This document shows positions 20,346-29,543 of a stretch of DNA of 64,000 nucleotides, one piece after another (position 1 is the first letter of the stretch; each line of letters opens with the position of its first letter). This DNA is from an uncultured Pseudomonadales bacterium (lineage in GTDB: Bacteria; Patescibacteriota; Microgenomatia; UBA1400; PJMF01): contig CAZBEW010000002.1 in NCBI GenBank assembly GCA_964491115.1, positions 64,062 through 128,061 of the forward strand, given 5' to 3'. The notes beneath the pieces are model-generated. The model did no database searches and had not been told where the DNA came from. It saw only the letters and a program-made list of their open reading frames with translations. The position numbers and the translations under genes are program-made.

Positions 20346-21548
20346 ATGCCAATTTTTAAATATACAGCAAAAAACAAACGCGGAGAAACAATTAAAGGCA
20401 AAGTTGAAGCCATTTCGAAAATGCAAGCGGTTTCGACTTTGTTTGCCCGAGATTTATTTGTGATTGATGTATCAAGTTTGGCTCAAGAAGCAGGCTTTTT
20501 GTCTAAAATTTTTAAACCCAAAGTCAAATTTGCTGAATTAGTTAATTTTACGCGGCAATTATCAACGATGATTAATGCTGGATTACCGCTAGCGAATTCC
20601 CTATCAATCTTAGAAGAAGAGAGTGAAAGTGAAATGGGTAAATTAAGTGCTAATTTGCTTAAAGATGTTGAAAGTGGCTTAAGTTTTTCTGATGCTTTGC
20701 AAAAATATCCAGATAATTTTACTCGCATCTATACGCAATTAGTGAAAGCTGGAGAAGCAGGAGGTGTTTTAGATGAAGTGTTAGAGCGTTTGGCCCTCAA
20801 TCTAGAAAAAGATAAAGATTTTAAAGCCAAAACCAAAAGTGCCATGATTTATCCAGTCATTATTTTAATAGCTATGGTGGTGGTAATGGTGGTGATGATG
20901 GTGGCAGTTATTCCCAAATTAACGCAAATGTACGACGATTTTGATGCTGAACTACCAGCTTTAACCAAGATATTTATGGGTATTTCAGATTTCATGGTGC
21001 AATTCTGGTGGGTACTACTGTTAATAGTGGTGGTCGGCATTTTTGCCTTGCGTTCTTATAAAAAAACTAAAAAGGGAGAGCTAGCTATTGATCGTTGGAT
21101 GTTGACCATTCCCGTTTTTGGTCCCATGCGTCAGAAAATTATTCTTACCGACTTTGCGCGTACTCTGTCTTTATTGTTAGGAGCTGGAGTATCCCTGTTA
21201 GAGTCGATCAACATTGTGGCAGAAGCAATTGACAACGCTGTTTATCGAGAGGAATTGGCAGAAGCAGCCAAGCAGGTGGAGCGTGGCACCTCATTATCAG
21301 CAGCAGTCGCTCGTTATGAAGATTTTCCTCCAATTTTGCATCAAATGATGAGTGTGGGTGAGGAAACCGGTAAATTAGATGAAATATTGGGCAAATTAGC
21401 CGAATATTTTGAAAAAGAAAGCGAGTATGCAGTCAAGAATATGACCGCGGCATTGGAGCCAATGATTATGATTGTTTTAGCCGTTGGCGTTGGTTTTATG
21501 GTGGTGGCAATTATTATGCCAATTTACAGTTTAACCAGTCAATTCTAA
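20346..21548 (+). CDS. pilC: Type IV pilus platform protein PilC (GspF family)
   Basis: Two T2SSF repeats, three TM segments and a 400-aa length. Confidence 0.85.
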   Translation: MPIFKYTAKNKRGETIKGKVEAISKMQAVSTLFARDLFVIDVSSLAQEAGFLSKIFKPKVKFAELVNFTRQLSTMINAGLPLANSLSILEEESESEMGKLSANLLKDVESGLSFSDALQKYPDNFTRIYTQLVKAGEAGGVLDEVLERLALNLEKDKDFKAKTKSAMIYPVIILIAMVVVMVVMMVAVIPKLTQMYDDFDAELPALTKIFMGISDFMVQFWWVLLLIVVVGIFALRSYKKTKKGELAIDRWMLTIPVFGPMRQKIILTDFARTLSLLLGAGVSLLESINIVAEAIDNAVYREELAEAAKQVERGTSLSAAVARYEDFPPILHQMMSVGEETGKLDEILGKLAEYFEKESEYAVKNMTAALEPMIMIVLAVGVGFMVVAIIMPIYSLTSQF

Positions 21549-21639
21549 ATTGCTACTTGAAATGGGTATCGATAATAGTTTACACTGAATATGTTAGGAG
21601 GTATTTGGATATAATTACAAATAATAAAAAAAGAAAAAT

Positions 21640-22299
21640 ATGAAAACCAAATCTTTTTTCCCAAGATTAAAAAAGCAATTAGCTTTTACCATGATTGAGT
21701 TATTAATTGTAATTGCCATTTTGGGTATTTTGGCAGTGGCAGTGCTATCGGCTCTTAACCCAATTGAGCAGATTAATCGAGGTCGAGATACAGCTAGTCG
21801 ATCTGATGCCGAACAATTGTTAACAGCCATCGATCGTTATTATGCCATGCAAGGCTATTTTCCTTGGCAAGCCAATCCAAATGATGTAATAGCTATTAAT
21901 GGTGGGGTGGCAGGTGAATTTGTTCATATAGATACTACCCTGACTAGAGGTACTGGTCTTACTTGTCCAATTCTTTATCTTTTAAGTGATACAGCAGCTG
22001 GTGGGGCGAATTGTACTTCTGCGGTTGGATCGCAAGAGCTAAAAATATCATATATAGATAAGATCAGCGCTACTAATTACAATGAGCTTTATGTATATCA
22101 TGCTGCTGACGATTATGCTTCCACCTATGTTTGTTTTGCTCCGCAATCAAATTCTTTTAGAGTTGAAGCATTAACCAGACTAGATGCAAATGCAGATGGA
22201 ACAATTGCTACTACTGAACTTCCAGCTGATTATCCACCCAATGCTGTTGGTAATACTGTAAATTGTGGTTCAGAAGGCAACTGTGTTTGTCTCCCCTAA
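21640..22299 (+). CDS. Type IV prepilin, candidate major pilin
   Basis: Class III signal 'KKQLA|FTMIELLIVIAILGILA' with Glu at +5. A C-terminal Cys pair and a strong terminator directly downstream point to high expression. Confidence 0.8.
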   Translation: MKTKSFFPRLKKQLAFTMIELLIVIAILGILAVAVLSALNPIEQINRGRDTASRSDAEQLLTAIDRYYAMQGYFPWQANPNDVIAINGGVAGEFVHIDTTLTRGTGLTCPILYLLSDTAAGGANCTSAVGSQELKISYIDKISATNYNELYVYHAADDYASTYVCFAPQSNSFRVEALTRLDANADGTIATTELPADYPPNAVGNTVNCGSEGNCVCLP

Positions 22300-22320
22300 T
22301 AGTTTAAGCTAAATAATTAA

Positions 22321-22349
22321 AACCCGGGCCCCAAGGCTCGGGTTTTTTT
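22321..22349 (+). terminator. Rho-independent terminator after the major pilin gene
   Basis: AACCCGGGCC-ccaa-GGCTCGGGTT (10-bp stem, one G-U pair) followed by TTTTTTT. Confidence 0.8.
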
Positions 22350-22363
22350 GTTATGATGAATTA

Positions 22364-23212
22364 GTGACTATTATTTTTTATCTTTATTATTTTATTTTTG
22401 CTCTAGCCTGCTTCTTTTTGGGAGCAATTTTAGCCAGTTTTTTAAACGTGGTGATTTATCGAGCTGCTAGTGATTGTGGCCTTCTTAGAGATAAAAAAGG
22501 AAAAAGATTGAAGCTACCTCCTTTTTGGCAAGGTCGCTCGCTCACTGATTGTTGTCAAAAACCCATCAGTGCCAAGCACAATATTCCCATTATTTCTTTC
22601 TTAATGCTAAGAGGAAAATGCCCACATTGTCGGGCTAAAATTGCCAAAAAGCATTTTTTTACTGAGTTATTAGCGGGGCTTTATTCACTGGCTTTTGCCA
22701 TAATTATTTATTTACAAATTAGTGCCGGTCAAGGCTTGGATCCAACCCTAGTGGCTGCTCAATATTTATTTTTTTTACTCTTAATTTTTGTGGCAGTGGC
22801 TGATTTTCAATATCTAATTATTCCCGACTTTTTTATTGTTTTATTAAGCTTATTAGCCATTGTTTTAACTGGTTCTGCCTACATTAGTGGCTTAATTGCT
22901 GTTGCAGCCTCGATAGCTTTCTTTACTCTACTCTACTTTGTTGCATCCTGGATTTTAAAAAAAGATGCTCTTGGCTTGGGTGATATTAAATTAATGCTGC
23001 CCTTAAGCTACGTTTTAACCTGGCCAAAAATGGTTCTGGCTATTTTCCTTAGCTTTATTGTTGGTGGTTTTTTTGCTACAATTTTATTGCTCCTTAAACA
23101 GAAAAAAATTGGTCAAGTGCTGCCCTTTGGGCCATTTTTACTAGTTGGTTTTATCCTGACTTATTTTTGGGCAGAACCAATATGGGCTTGGTATTTAGCC
23201 TTAATTACGTGA
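22364..23212 (+). CDS. pilD: Prepilin peptidase / N-methyltransferase PilD (A24 family)
   Basis: A cytoplasmic Cys4 loop (DCCQKP...CPHCRAK) between TM1 and TM2, multiple TM helices and a conserved Asp-containing 'LGLGDIKL' block. Confidence 0.85.
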   Translation: MTIIFYLYYFIFALACFFLGAILASFLNVVIYRAASDCGLLRDKKGKRLKLPPFWQGRSLTDCCQKPISAKHNIPIISFLMLRGKCPHCRAKIAKKHFFTELLAGLYSLAFAIIIYLQISAGQGLDPTLVAAQYLFFLLLIFVAVADFQYLIIPDFFIVLLSLLAIVLTGSAYISGLIAVAASIAFFTLLYFVASWILKKDALGLGDIKLMLPLSYVLTWPKMVLAIFLSFIVGGFFATILLLLKQKKIGQVLPFGPFLLVGFILTYFWAEPIWAWYLALIT

Positions 23213-23216
23213 GCAT

Positions 23217-24239
23217 ATGAGAATTATTCGTTTTATTTTTTCAAGCTTAGTCTTCATTGTTTTTTTATTGGTAATTGGAATTTTTTTAGGTCGAGAGTTA
23301 TTAGTGTTACTGGCAACTAATGATTTGCAAAGAGCGGCCAATTTATTAATGAATCAAAATCATCTAAGCAATTGTTATGACGGATTTTCCAGGTCTCCCT
23401 CGGCTTGGGGTCAGTTACGCTTTATCAATGAGCGAGAATATCAGCTAGAAACTGTCTGTAGTGATTTTGCCAAAAGGCCAATTTTAATTGAAACTAAAAC
23501 TTTACCAATTTTTGTGAAAAAAGTTGATGGTGGCTCTGGTTTTGTTTTTGATCTTCAAAACAAAAGAGCTAGTCAAATAGTCTTAAATGCTCTGGGCAAA
23601 GAAACAACTGTTTTCAAAGAAATCAATGAGCTAACTGTTGGAAAAGCTCCCACCATGATTGATTACACAGCTGGTCCAGCTAGTGAATGTGCTGGTTTTA
23701 ATTATCAGTGTTGTCAAAATGACATCGAGCAAGGGATTGGCAAAAAACAAGATTCAGCCACCGATTGTCCAAAAACTTGTTACCAAAGCTGTCAGCCACG
23801 GCCAATTGTTTTAGCCTTCAATGCGATGCCAAGCAATGCTAATGATAAAAGAATGGTAAGTATTAATTCAGGACAAACAGTGGCCTTTGCCTATGTTGTT
23901 GGCGATGGCAAACAACAGTTGTTTAGCAATCAAACTGTGTTAGATAAACAAGACGACTCCTTTTTGCACTGGAAAAGTCATTTGCAAGTATTTGGCGATT
24001 TACTGAGTAATATTGAAAAAAAATCGGCTGAGACAGTGCAATTGCCGATTAGCAGCACGATTTTTTTTGGTGATGGGCAAAGTTTTAGCACTCAAGATTT
24101 GCAGGGAGTGGTCGATCATGTGTATACTTGTGGAGAAGGTATTTGTTATTTTGAGGCGTGGATCGAGGCTAAAGATGCTCGTTTAACGCCTTCGGTGGAT
24201 TACGAATTAAGTCGCTTAAAAATTATAGTAAGTAATTAG
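23217..24239 (+). CDS. Membrane-anchored Cys-rich extracytoplasmic protein of unknown function within the pilus operon
   Basis: An N-terminal TM helix, then a soluble domain with about 14 Cys (e.g. 'ECAGFNYQCCQNDIEQG...DCPKTCYQSCQPRP', 'YTCGEGICYFEAW'). Confidence 0.5.
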   Translation: MRIIRFIFSSLVFIVFLLVIGIFLGRELLVLLATNDLQRAANLLMNQNHLSNCYDGFSRSPSAWGQLRFINEREYQLETVCSDFAKRPILIETKTLPIFVKKVDGGSGFVFDLQNKRASQIVLNALGKETTVFKEINELTVGKAPTMIDYTAGPASECAGFNYQCCQNDIEQGIGKKQDSATDCPKTCYQSCQPRPIVLAFNAMPSNANDKRMVSINSGQTVAFAYVVGDGKQQLFSNQTVLDKQDDSFLHWKSHLQVFGDLLSNIEKKSAETVQLPISSTIFFGDGQSFSTQDLQGVVDHVYTCGEGICYFEAWIEAKDARLTPSVDYELSRLKIIVSN

Positions 24240-24246
24240 GAAATTT

Positions 24247-24705
24247 ATGAAAAAAAATAAACTAGGAGCTTTTACCTTGCTCGAGTTATTGGTGGTGATT
24301 GCCATTATGGCTATCTTAATTTCTCTGGGGGTGGCTAGTTTTAGCAATGCCCAGCGCAAATCAAGAGATAGTCGACGCCGAGAAGATATAAAAGCAGTGC
24401 AAAATGGTTTAGAGCAATATTATGCCGACAATGATGGTAGTTATCCAAAGGGTGCTGGAACGATTACGCTACCCACTATGATAACTACTGCTGGTTCGGA
24501 CTATTTTCCTGCTGGTGAGCCAGTTGATCCGAAAAATGCAGATACATATGTATATAGTGGTAGATCAGATGGCAACAAGTATTGTGTTTGTGCGAAATTA
24601 GAAACCACTGGAGTAGGTAACTCAATTCGTTCTGCCACCTCCGTAAATTGTGGCTATACAGGCGCTGGCTCTAAAGATTGGTTTTGTGTCAGCAATTTAC
24701 AATAA
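24247..24705 (+). CDS. Type IV prepilin
   Basis: 'KLGA|FTLLELLVVIAIMAILIS' class III signal, and Cys residues in the C-terminal half. Confidence 0.8.
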   Translation: MKKNKLGAFTLLELLVVIAIMAILISLGVASFSNAQRKSRDSRRREDIKAVQNGLEQYYADNDGSYPKGAGTITLPTMITTAGSDYFPAGEPVDPKNADTYVYSGRSDGNKYCVCAKLETTGVGNSIRSATSVNCGYTGAGSKDWFCVSNLQ

Positions 24706-24736
24706 TTTTGCTTGTTATTAATTAAAAAAGTTAATT

Positions 24737-25162
24737 ATGTCAAATAAAATCAAAAAAATTCGCGCTTTTACCTTGATTGAAATCTTAGTGGTGGCCACGA
24801 TTATTGCGGTTTTGGTTACAGTAACTGCGGTTAGTTTCTCTAATGCGCAAAAAAACTCCAGAAATTCTAAACGTAAAACTGATTTAGAAACAGTGCGTCA
24901 GGCACTAGTCTTGTATCGACAAGATAAGGGTAGTTATGGAAATGTTACTGGGAGTTCTATTCCAGGCAATTTTACCAATATTCTTGATCGCTTAGTACTT
25001 GATGGTTATTTAACATCAACCGACATCGTTGATCCGAAAACTGGTAACCCGGCCTATAAGGCGCAGTGTACCTCTGCACCTGGTGACAATTGCAACAAAG
25101 TCAAATTAACCGCTACCTTAGAGAATACTACTCCTCCTAATTATGAGATCTCTACCCCATAA
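24737..25162 (+). CDS. Type IV prepilin
   Basis: 'KIRA|FTLIEILVVATIIAVL' class III signal. Confidence 0.8.
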   Translation: MSNKIKKIRAFTLIEILVVATIIAVLVTVTAVSFSNAQKNSRNSKRKTDLETVRQALVLYRQDKGSYGNVTGSSIPGNFTNILDRLVLDGYLTSTDIVDPKTGNPAYKAQCTSAPGDNCNKVKLTATLENTTPPNYEISTP

Positions 25163-25658
25163 ATCATCAGGCTTTTCTCTTATCGAGCTGTTAGTTTCAA
25201 TAGTCATTATTATGCTTTTGGTCAGTGGCGCTGTGGCTGGTTATACCAGTTTTATAGAAAAACAGCGCTTAGTGGCAGTGGCAGAAAAAATAGAGTCTGG
25301 TTTTAGGGAAGCGCAAAATAGGGCCAAAATTGGTTATTTGGGCGAATGTGACCAATTACAGTATGTAAATTTTAGTGTATATAACTATGAGGGTGATTCT
25401 GGCACAGGGCTATATTATCAAATTTCAATAAGGTGTGATGGAGAATCTGCAAGTGATGCATATTCTCCAGGTAACAAATTTCTTGTCAGAGTTTCAGAGG
25501 GAGATAAATTTACTACAGATTCTAACTTTTATGATTTAAAATTTTATCCGCTTGGCAATTTAAATAAAGCTGTTTCTTTTACAATTAGCTCTACAGGCAG
25601 TACTTCTACTGCCAGCTTCAATATCGATAATGGAGGAAGTATTAAAGTTACTTATTAA
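25143..25658 (+). CDS. Minor (pseudo)pilin, GspH/FimT-like
   Basis: 'KSSG|FSLIELLVSIVIIMLLVSG' with canonical Gly at -1. The start overlaps the upstream gene. Confidence 0.7.
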   Translation: MRSLPHKSSGFSLIELLVSIVIIMLLVSGAVAGYTSFIEKQRLVAVAEKIESGFREAQNRAKIGYLGECDQLQYVNFSVYNYEGDSGTGLYYQISIRCDGESASDAYSPGNKFLVRVSEGDKFTTDSNFYDLKFYPLGNLNKAVSFTISSTGSTSTASFNIDNGGSIKVTY

Positions 25659-26181
25659 TTACTTTATGTTAAAAAAAAGAAAAAAACGGCAAAATAAACA
25701 AGGAGCTTTTACCTTTGTTGAGGTCTTGGCTGCTGTGTCAATTGTAGCGCTGGTAATGACTGCTATGGGGTCGATGATGGCTTTATCGGTAAGAGTGGCA
25801 GAAGCCAATGAAATGGAGCAATTAGCCCAAATGAAGGCGCAGCAGAGCATAGAATTTTTTCGTCGTGAACGACTGGTTAGAGGTTGGACTGCTTTTAACA
25901 CTAAGTTAGAAGATGGCAAAACTTATTGTTTAAGCGACATCCCGACTGCTATTGGCGGGCTTTCAACTAAACCCTTAAGCGGTTGCCCTAAAAAAATTGA
26001 CTTTAACTTTTTTCGTTATAGTATTGAAGCAAAAATCAGTAATACTATCTCCCCTCAAGAAAGCATCACAGTTACTATCAACATTGACCGTTTTGATTTA
26101 GCAAATAATAAAATTATAAAAAACCCTAGTGAGCCAAACGAGCCTTTTTACACCGTTGAGCAAACTTTCAAAAAATACTAA
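25630..26181 (+). CDS. Minor pilin-like protein (PilV/PilW-like)
   Basis: 'NKQGA|FTFVEVLAAVSIVALVMTAMG' prepilin-type N-terminus after a basic leader. Confidence 0.65.
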   Translation: MEEVLKLLINYFMLKKRKKRQNKQGAFTFVEVLAAVSIVALVMTAMGSMMALSVRVAEANEMEQLAQMKAQQSIEFFRRERLVRGWTAFNTKLEDGKTYCLSDIPTAIGGLSTKPLSGCPKKIDFNFFRYSIEAKISNTISPQESITVTINIDRFDLANNKIIKNPSEPNEPFYTVEQTFKKY

Positions 26182-26708
26182 TTGCGCAAAGTTACCCCAG
26201 ATTTGAAATCCAGTTTGCTTTGGTTAGGGTTATTGGCAACAGCCGTACTGGTGGCTAAAGTAAAATTAATTTCGATGTATTTTGGCATTGCCCCGCCATG
26301 ACAAACAAAAGTAAGATTACTTAAATGATGATTGTCGCCGGTGAGAAAATAATGAGTGCCAGCCTCAGTAAAACGCATTCTGTTGCTTGATTTAGAAAAA
26401 CTCGCAACAAGCTCAGCATTATCGGCACCGGTTTTTTTAAAAGACAGCGTAGTAAGTTGAGTGGTGCCGTCACATGGAGTTGAACTAATGCTCTTAGCAT
26501 TACGCAACTCTTCAATTATCTTTTGCATGGCAACAGTGCCACTTTCTCGAATACTTTGGCTCATGCGACTTTTGCCCGCTGACATAACAAAACTAATAAA
26601 CAAACTGGTAATGCCCAACATAATCAAGGCAGTAATACTAACAGTCACTAAAATTTCAATTAAAGTAAAAGCAGCGAGTGATGATGATTGCAGGCTTTTT
26701 TTTGACAC
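26178..26708 (-). CDS. Type IV prepilin-like protein. It is the last gene of a convergent minus-strand operon, and its stop codon overlaps the stop of the plus-strand pilin gene.
   Basis: 'SSLAA|FTLIEILVTVSITALIM' class III signal. Confidence 0.7.
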   Translation of the reverse strand: MSKKSLQSSSLAAFTLIEILVTVSITALIMLGITSLFISFVMSAGKSRMSQSIRESGTVAMQKIIEELRNAKSISSTPCDGTTQLTTLSFKKTGADNAELVASFSKSSNRMRFTEAGTHYFLTGDNHHLSNLTFVCHGGAMPKYIEINFTLATSTAVANNPNQSKLDFKSGVTLRN

Positions 26709-26716
26709 CTATACCC

Positions 26717-28732
26717 TTAATTCAAGCTCTTGGGAGCCACTTCTCGCCAGTTGATGATGCTCGATTTTAATTCAGTTGGCCAATTAATTAAGAGATCTGA
26801 ACGGTAAATAAAGTTTTCTAGGGCTTGGTAGCTATTTTGAATTTTGTAATAATTTGTGAGTGGATCGCTGGGATTATTAGTTCGGCGTTTTAATTCAACA
26901 TCTGATAATCCAACAAAAGTGCCAGCAGCAATTAATTTACGATCTGGATAAGCCGAATTTTGGCCATCATCTCCCTGACTGTTGACAATAATTTTCCCAT
27001 TGGCAATATACACGCCATCCAAATGAGAGTTGGCATATGTTACTGGGAGAGTAACTGTTGTAGCCATTGGATCAATTTTTTTACCTACATCGGATTGAAT
27101 AATAATATTGCCTGTAACAATAAAGGCTAAAAAGCCACCATTGGTGGGGTTAGTTTTTTTAGCGACACTGACGATTTTGACATTATCAGCTGCATTATTA
27201 TTAGCAATAGTTAGATTGCCGTTAACAAAAATTACAAGACTATCCTCGCTTGGTACTTGAAAATTACTACTTTGATCTATGGTAAGATTTTCATTAACTC
27301 GGAAATAATTAGTCTTGCCATTGACCCAGCTGGAGTGACTTTTCAATGTCCCCAACTTAGCTTGAGCCGCAGTGATTGTAGTAATGGTGCTGTTATTATT
27401 AGCTAAGTTATAAAAATGGTCATAGTTTAGCTTATAGTTATCAGCACTCAAACCAAGCCCAAAGGCATCTTGATTAGTGTTTCTTTTCCCTGCCCAGTGA
27501 ATGTTTTTATATCGATCGTTGGGATCAGTAGTAAGCTTCGTAGCATTAGTATTTCCCAAAAATGGAAAGCCACTGGTTAAGCCATCAGTGAGACCTGGTC
27601 TTGGTGCAAAAACTGCTGGCTGACACAGGCCACTACCTAGAGCTAGACATGTGTCAGAAGGAACAATGGATGAGATTTGATTGGTCGCAAAAGCATTAGC
27701 GCCAAAAGTTTGAAACCAGGAATCAGCATAACTAGCATCATCAAAATAAATATATACAGTTTTGCTTGGAGTTGCTTTTGGCGGGACCGTAACATTGGCA
27801 TACAAACAGGCATTTTCTTCTCCAGGTGCTGGGCTTTGGGAGCAGCTGCAGCTAGCATTAACGCCATTGGGCCAAACCTTGAGATCAAAAGTTTCTCCTG
27901 CTAGGACTCCATATAAGGTGATGGAATATTTTCCATCAAATGTTGCTCCATAACCAGAATTAGGCACAGAAGTTAATCCGTTCCAACTTATGGCCGTTTC
28001 ACCATCAGCATATAGGGGTGAAGTGGGACCAGTACACACTCCTCCAGATACAGATCCACTGCTCGACTTAATAATTCTAAGATTAATGGTTGCGTTGTAG
28101 TTAGGTGGTGGACTGACAGAAGGTGATGGACTACCAGAAGGCAGTGGTGGAGGTGTGCTGGTTGGAGGAGTGGTGGTGGGTGGTTTGATGGTTGGTGGCG
28201 CGCCGCTTGGACCAGGTCCGCTACCACAATTCGGACCACCATAATAACAACAACTGTGAATTTGTTCAATCTCAGAAACTACACAATCTGTGCCAGCAAC
28301 AATTTCACAAATATCGTCTGGATAAGCACCTGTTCCCCCATAATTTTTACAGTCACTATCTTTTGTACAGGCAACAGATTTGCCATTAGCATCTTTAGCC
28401 TCCAGACAATTTCCACTGTTCTTAGGTACTGTGATGCAGGCGGGGCCGGCATTGTCACCACGATTATAATTTAAATCACATTTGCACTGGCCTGCATAGC
28501 CAGCTCCTCCTGGTCTGCAAGTACAATATCCTGGTGACACATAACCAGTGCCCGCGCAATAACCTCGCTTGTCGGTGCAACCATTATAATATACCCCAGT
28601 GCCACCAAACTGTTCCCAACAACAGCCACCAGGGCACCAATCATGATAATCTTGAGCTGAAACAGGCCCCAAGTTGGCTAAGAAAAACAGGCTAAAAATA
28701 AAAAAAGCGGCTAGTAATAAATATTTTTTCAT
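26717..28732 (-). CDS. Large secreted Cys-rich protein with a Pro/Thr/Ser linker and a C-terminal beta-rich domain. Candidate pilus-associated adhesin or surface protein.
   Basis: A Sec signal peptide (MKKYLLLAAFFIFSLFFLANLGPVSA), a roughly 150-aa segment with more than 25 Cys, a 'PPTIKPPTTTPPTSTPPPLPSGSPSPSVSPPP' linker, and an approximately 450-aa Asn/Thr/Gly-rich C-terminus. Confidence 0.6.
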   Translation of the reverse strand: MKKYLLLAAFFIFSLFFLANLGPVSAQDYHDWCPGGCCWEQFGGTGVYYNGCTDKRGYCAGTGYVSPGYCTCRPGGAGYAGQCKCDLNYNRGDNAGPACITVPKNSGNCLEAKDANGKSVACTKDSDCKNYGGTGAYPDDICEIVAGTDCVVSEIEQIHSCCYYGGPNCGSGPGPSGAPPTIKPPTTTPPTSTPPPLPSGSPSPSVSPPPNYNATINLRIIKSSSGSVSGGVCTGPTSPLYADGETAISWNGLTSVPNSGYGATFDGKYSITLYGVLAGETFDLKVWPNGVNASCSCSQSPAPGEENACLYANVTVPPKATPSKTVYIYFDDASYADSWFQTFGANAFATNQISSIVPSDTCLALGSGLCQPAVFAPRPGLTDGLTSGFPFLGNTNATKLTTDPNDRYKNIHWAGKRNTNQDAFGLGLSADNYKLNYDHFYNLANNNSTITTITAAQAKLGTLKSHSSWVNGKTNYFRVNENLTIDQSSNFQVPSEDSLVIFVNGNLTIANNNAADNVKIVSVAKKTNPTNGGFLAFIVTGNIIIQSDVGKKIDPMATTVTLPVTYANSHLDGVYIANGKIIVNSQGDDGQNSAYPDRKLIAAGTFVGLSDVELKRRTNNPSDPLTNYYKIQNSYQALENFIYRSDLLINWPTELKSSIINWREVAPKSLN

Positions 28733-29464
28733 TTAAAAACTGTAGTTGGCTACTGGCCAAAAATAAGCTTTGCCATTTATTTCTGGTAGATATTGGCTAA
28801 AACCTGTTTGATAAAAATTTGTTAAATCTTCTCTAGTGTAAGGAGAATCGGCATCCAATAGGCTATCAAAACCAACTCCTCTGGTTCGATTGTTTTTAAA
28901 ATCCTCATCGGGAAAATTAGCGACAATTTTAATAGTTTCTAAACCTGGTTTTTTATCTAGAGCATGGAGCATCATCGCCTCATAAAAAGCCTCATCAGCT
29001 TCTTTTACAAGTTTTAGCACACGAGCTTCTTCTGCTTGTTTAATCGAACCACCAACCAACAATAATTGTTGGGTTTCTGGCTGATAAATATGTAGTGGCA
29101 GGTAAATAGTCTCTAACTTTGCCTGGCTGTTGAGATATTGGCAGGCAATGTCGACCAAAGAGCGCCAATTACCAGGTAAAAGAGGTAGCTGTTGATAATT
29201 ACGATAAATAATCAGTTTGCTGTAATGGCAATCTAGTCGATAAAACAGGTCTCCCTCCCCTCCAGGACTCAAAGGAAAACTGTTGAGATCGGTGGGATTA
29301 GTTACTTGCGACTCAGGGGTGTTATTAGCTGTTAGTGACTCATCACTAGTTGTTTGTTCCAGTTGCAGTTGTTCTTGGATACTGGCTTTACGCCAATAAA
29401 ACAAGCCAACAAAAAGCGCTGGCAAGAGCAACAGTAATAAGTATTTCCACCACAAATCTTTCAC
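28733..29464 (-). CDS. N-terminally anchored hypothetical protein
   Basis: A single N-terminal TM helix (KYLLLLLLPALFVGLFYW), with the ORF directly abutting the 671-aa gene. Confidence 0.5.
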   Translation of the reverse strand: MKDLWWKYLLLLLLPALFVGLFYWRKASIQEQLQLEQTTSDESLTANNTPESQVTNPTDLNSFPLSPGGEGDLFYRLDCHYSKLIIYRNYQQLPLLPGNWRSLVDIACQYLNSQAKLETIYLPLHIYQPETQQLLLVGGSIKQAEEARVLKLVKEADEAFYEAMMLHALDKKPGLETIKIVANFPDEDFKNNRTRGVGFDSLLDADSPYTREDLTNFYQTGFSQYLPEINGKAYFWPVANYSF

Positions 29465-29543
29465 TTAGTTTAGTTTAGAGATATTAAAGCTAATCGTCAA
29501 GAATGAAATGTTTTTTCCTCACCATGCCCACCGCTCTAGCTGC

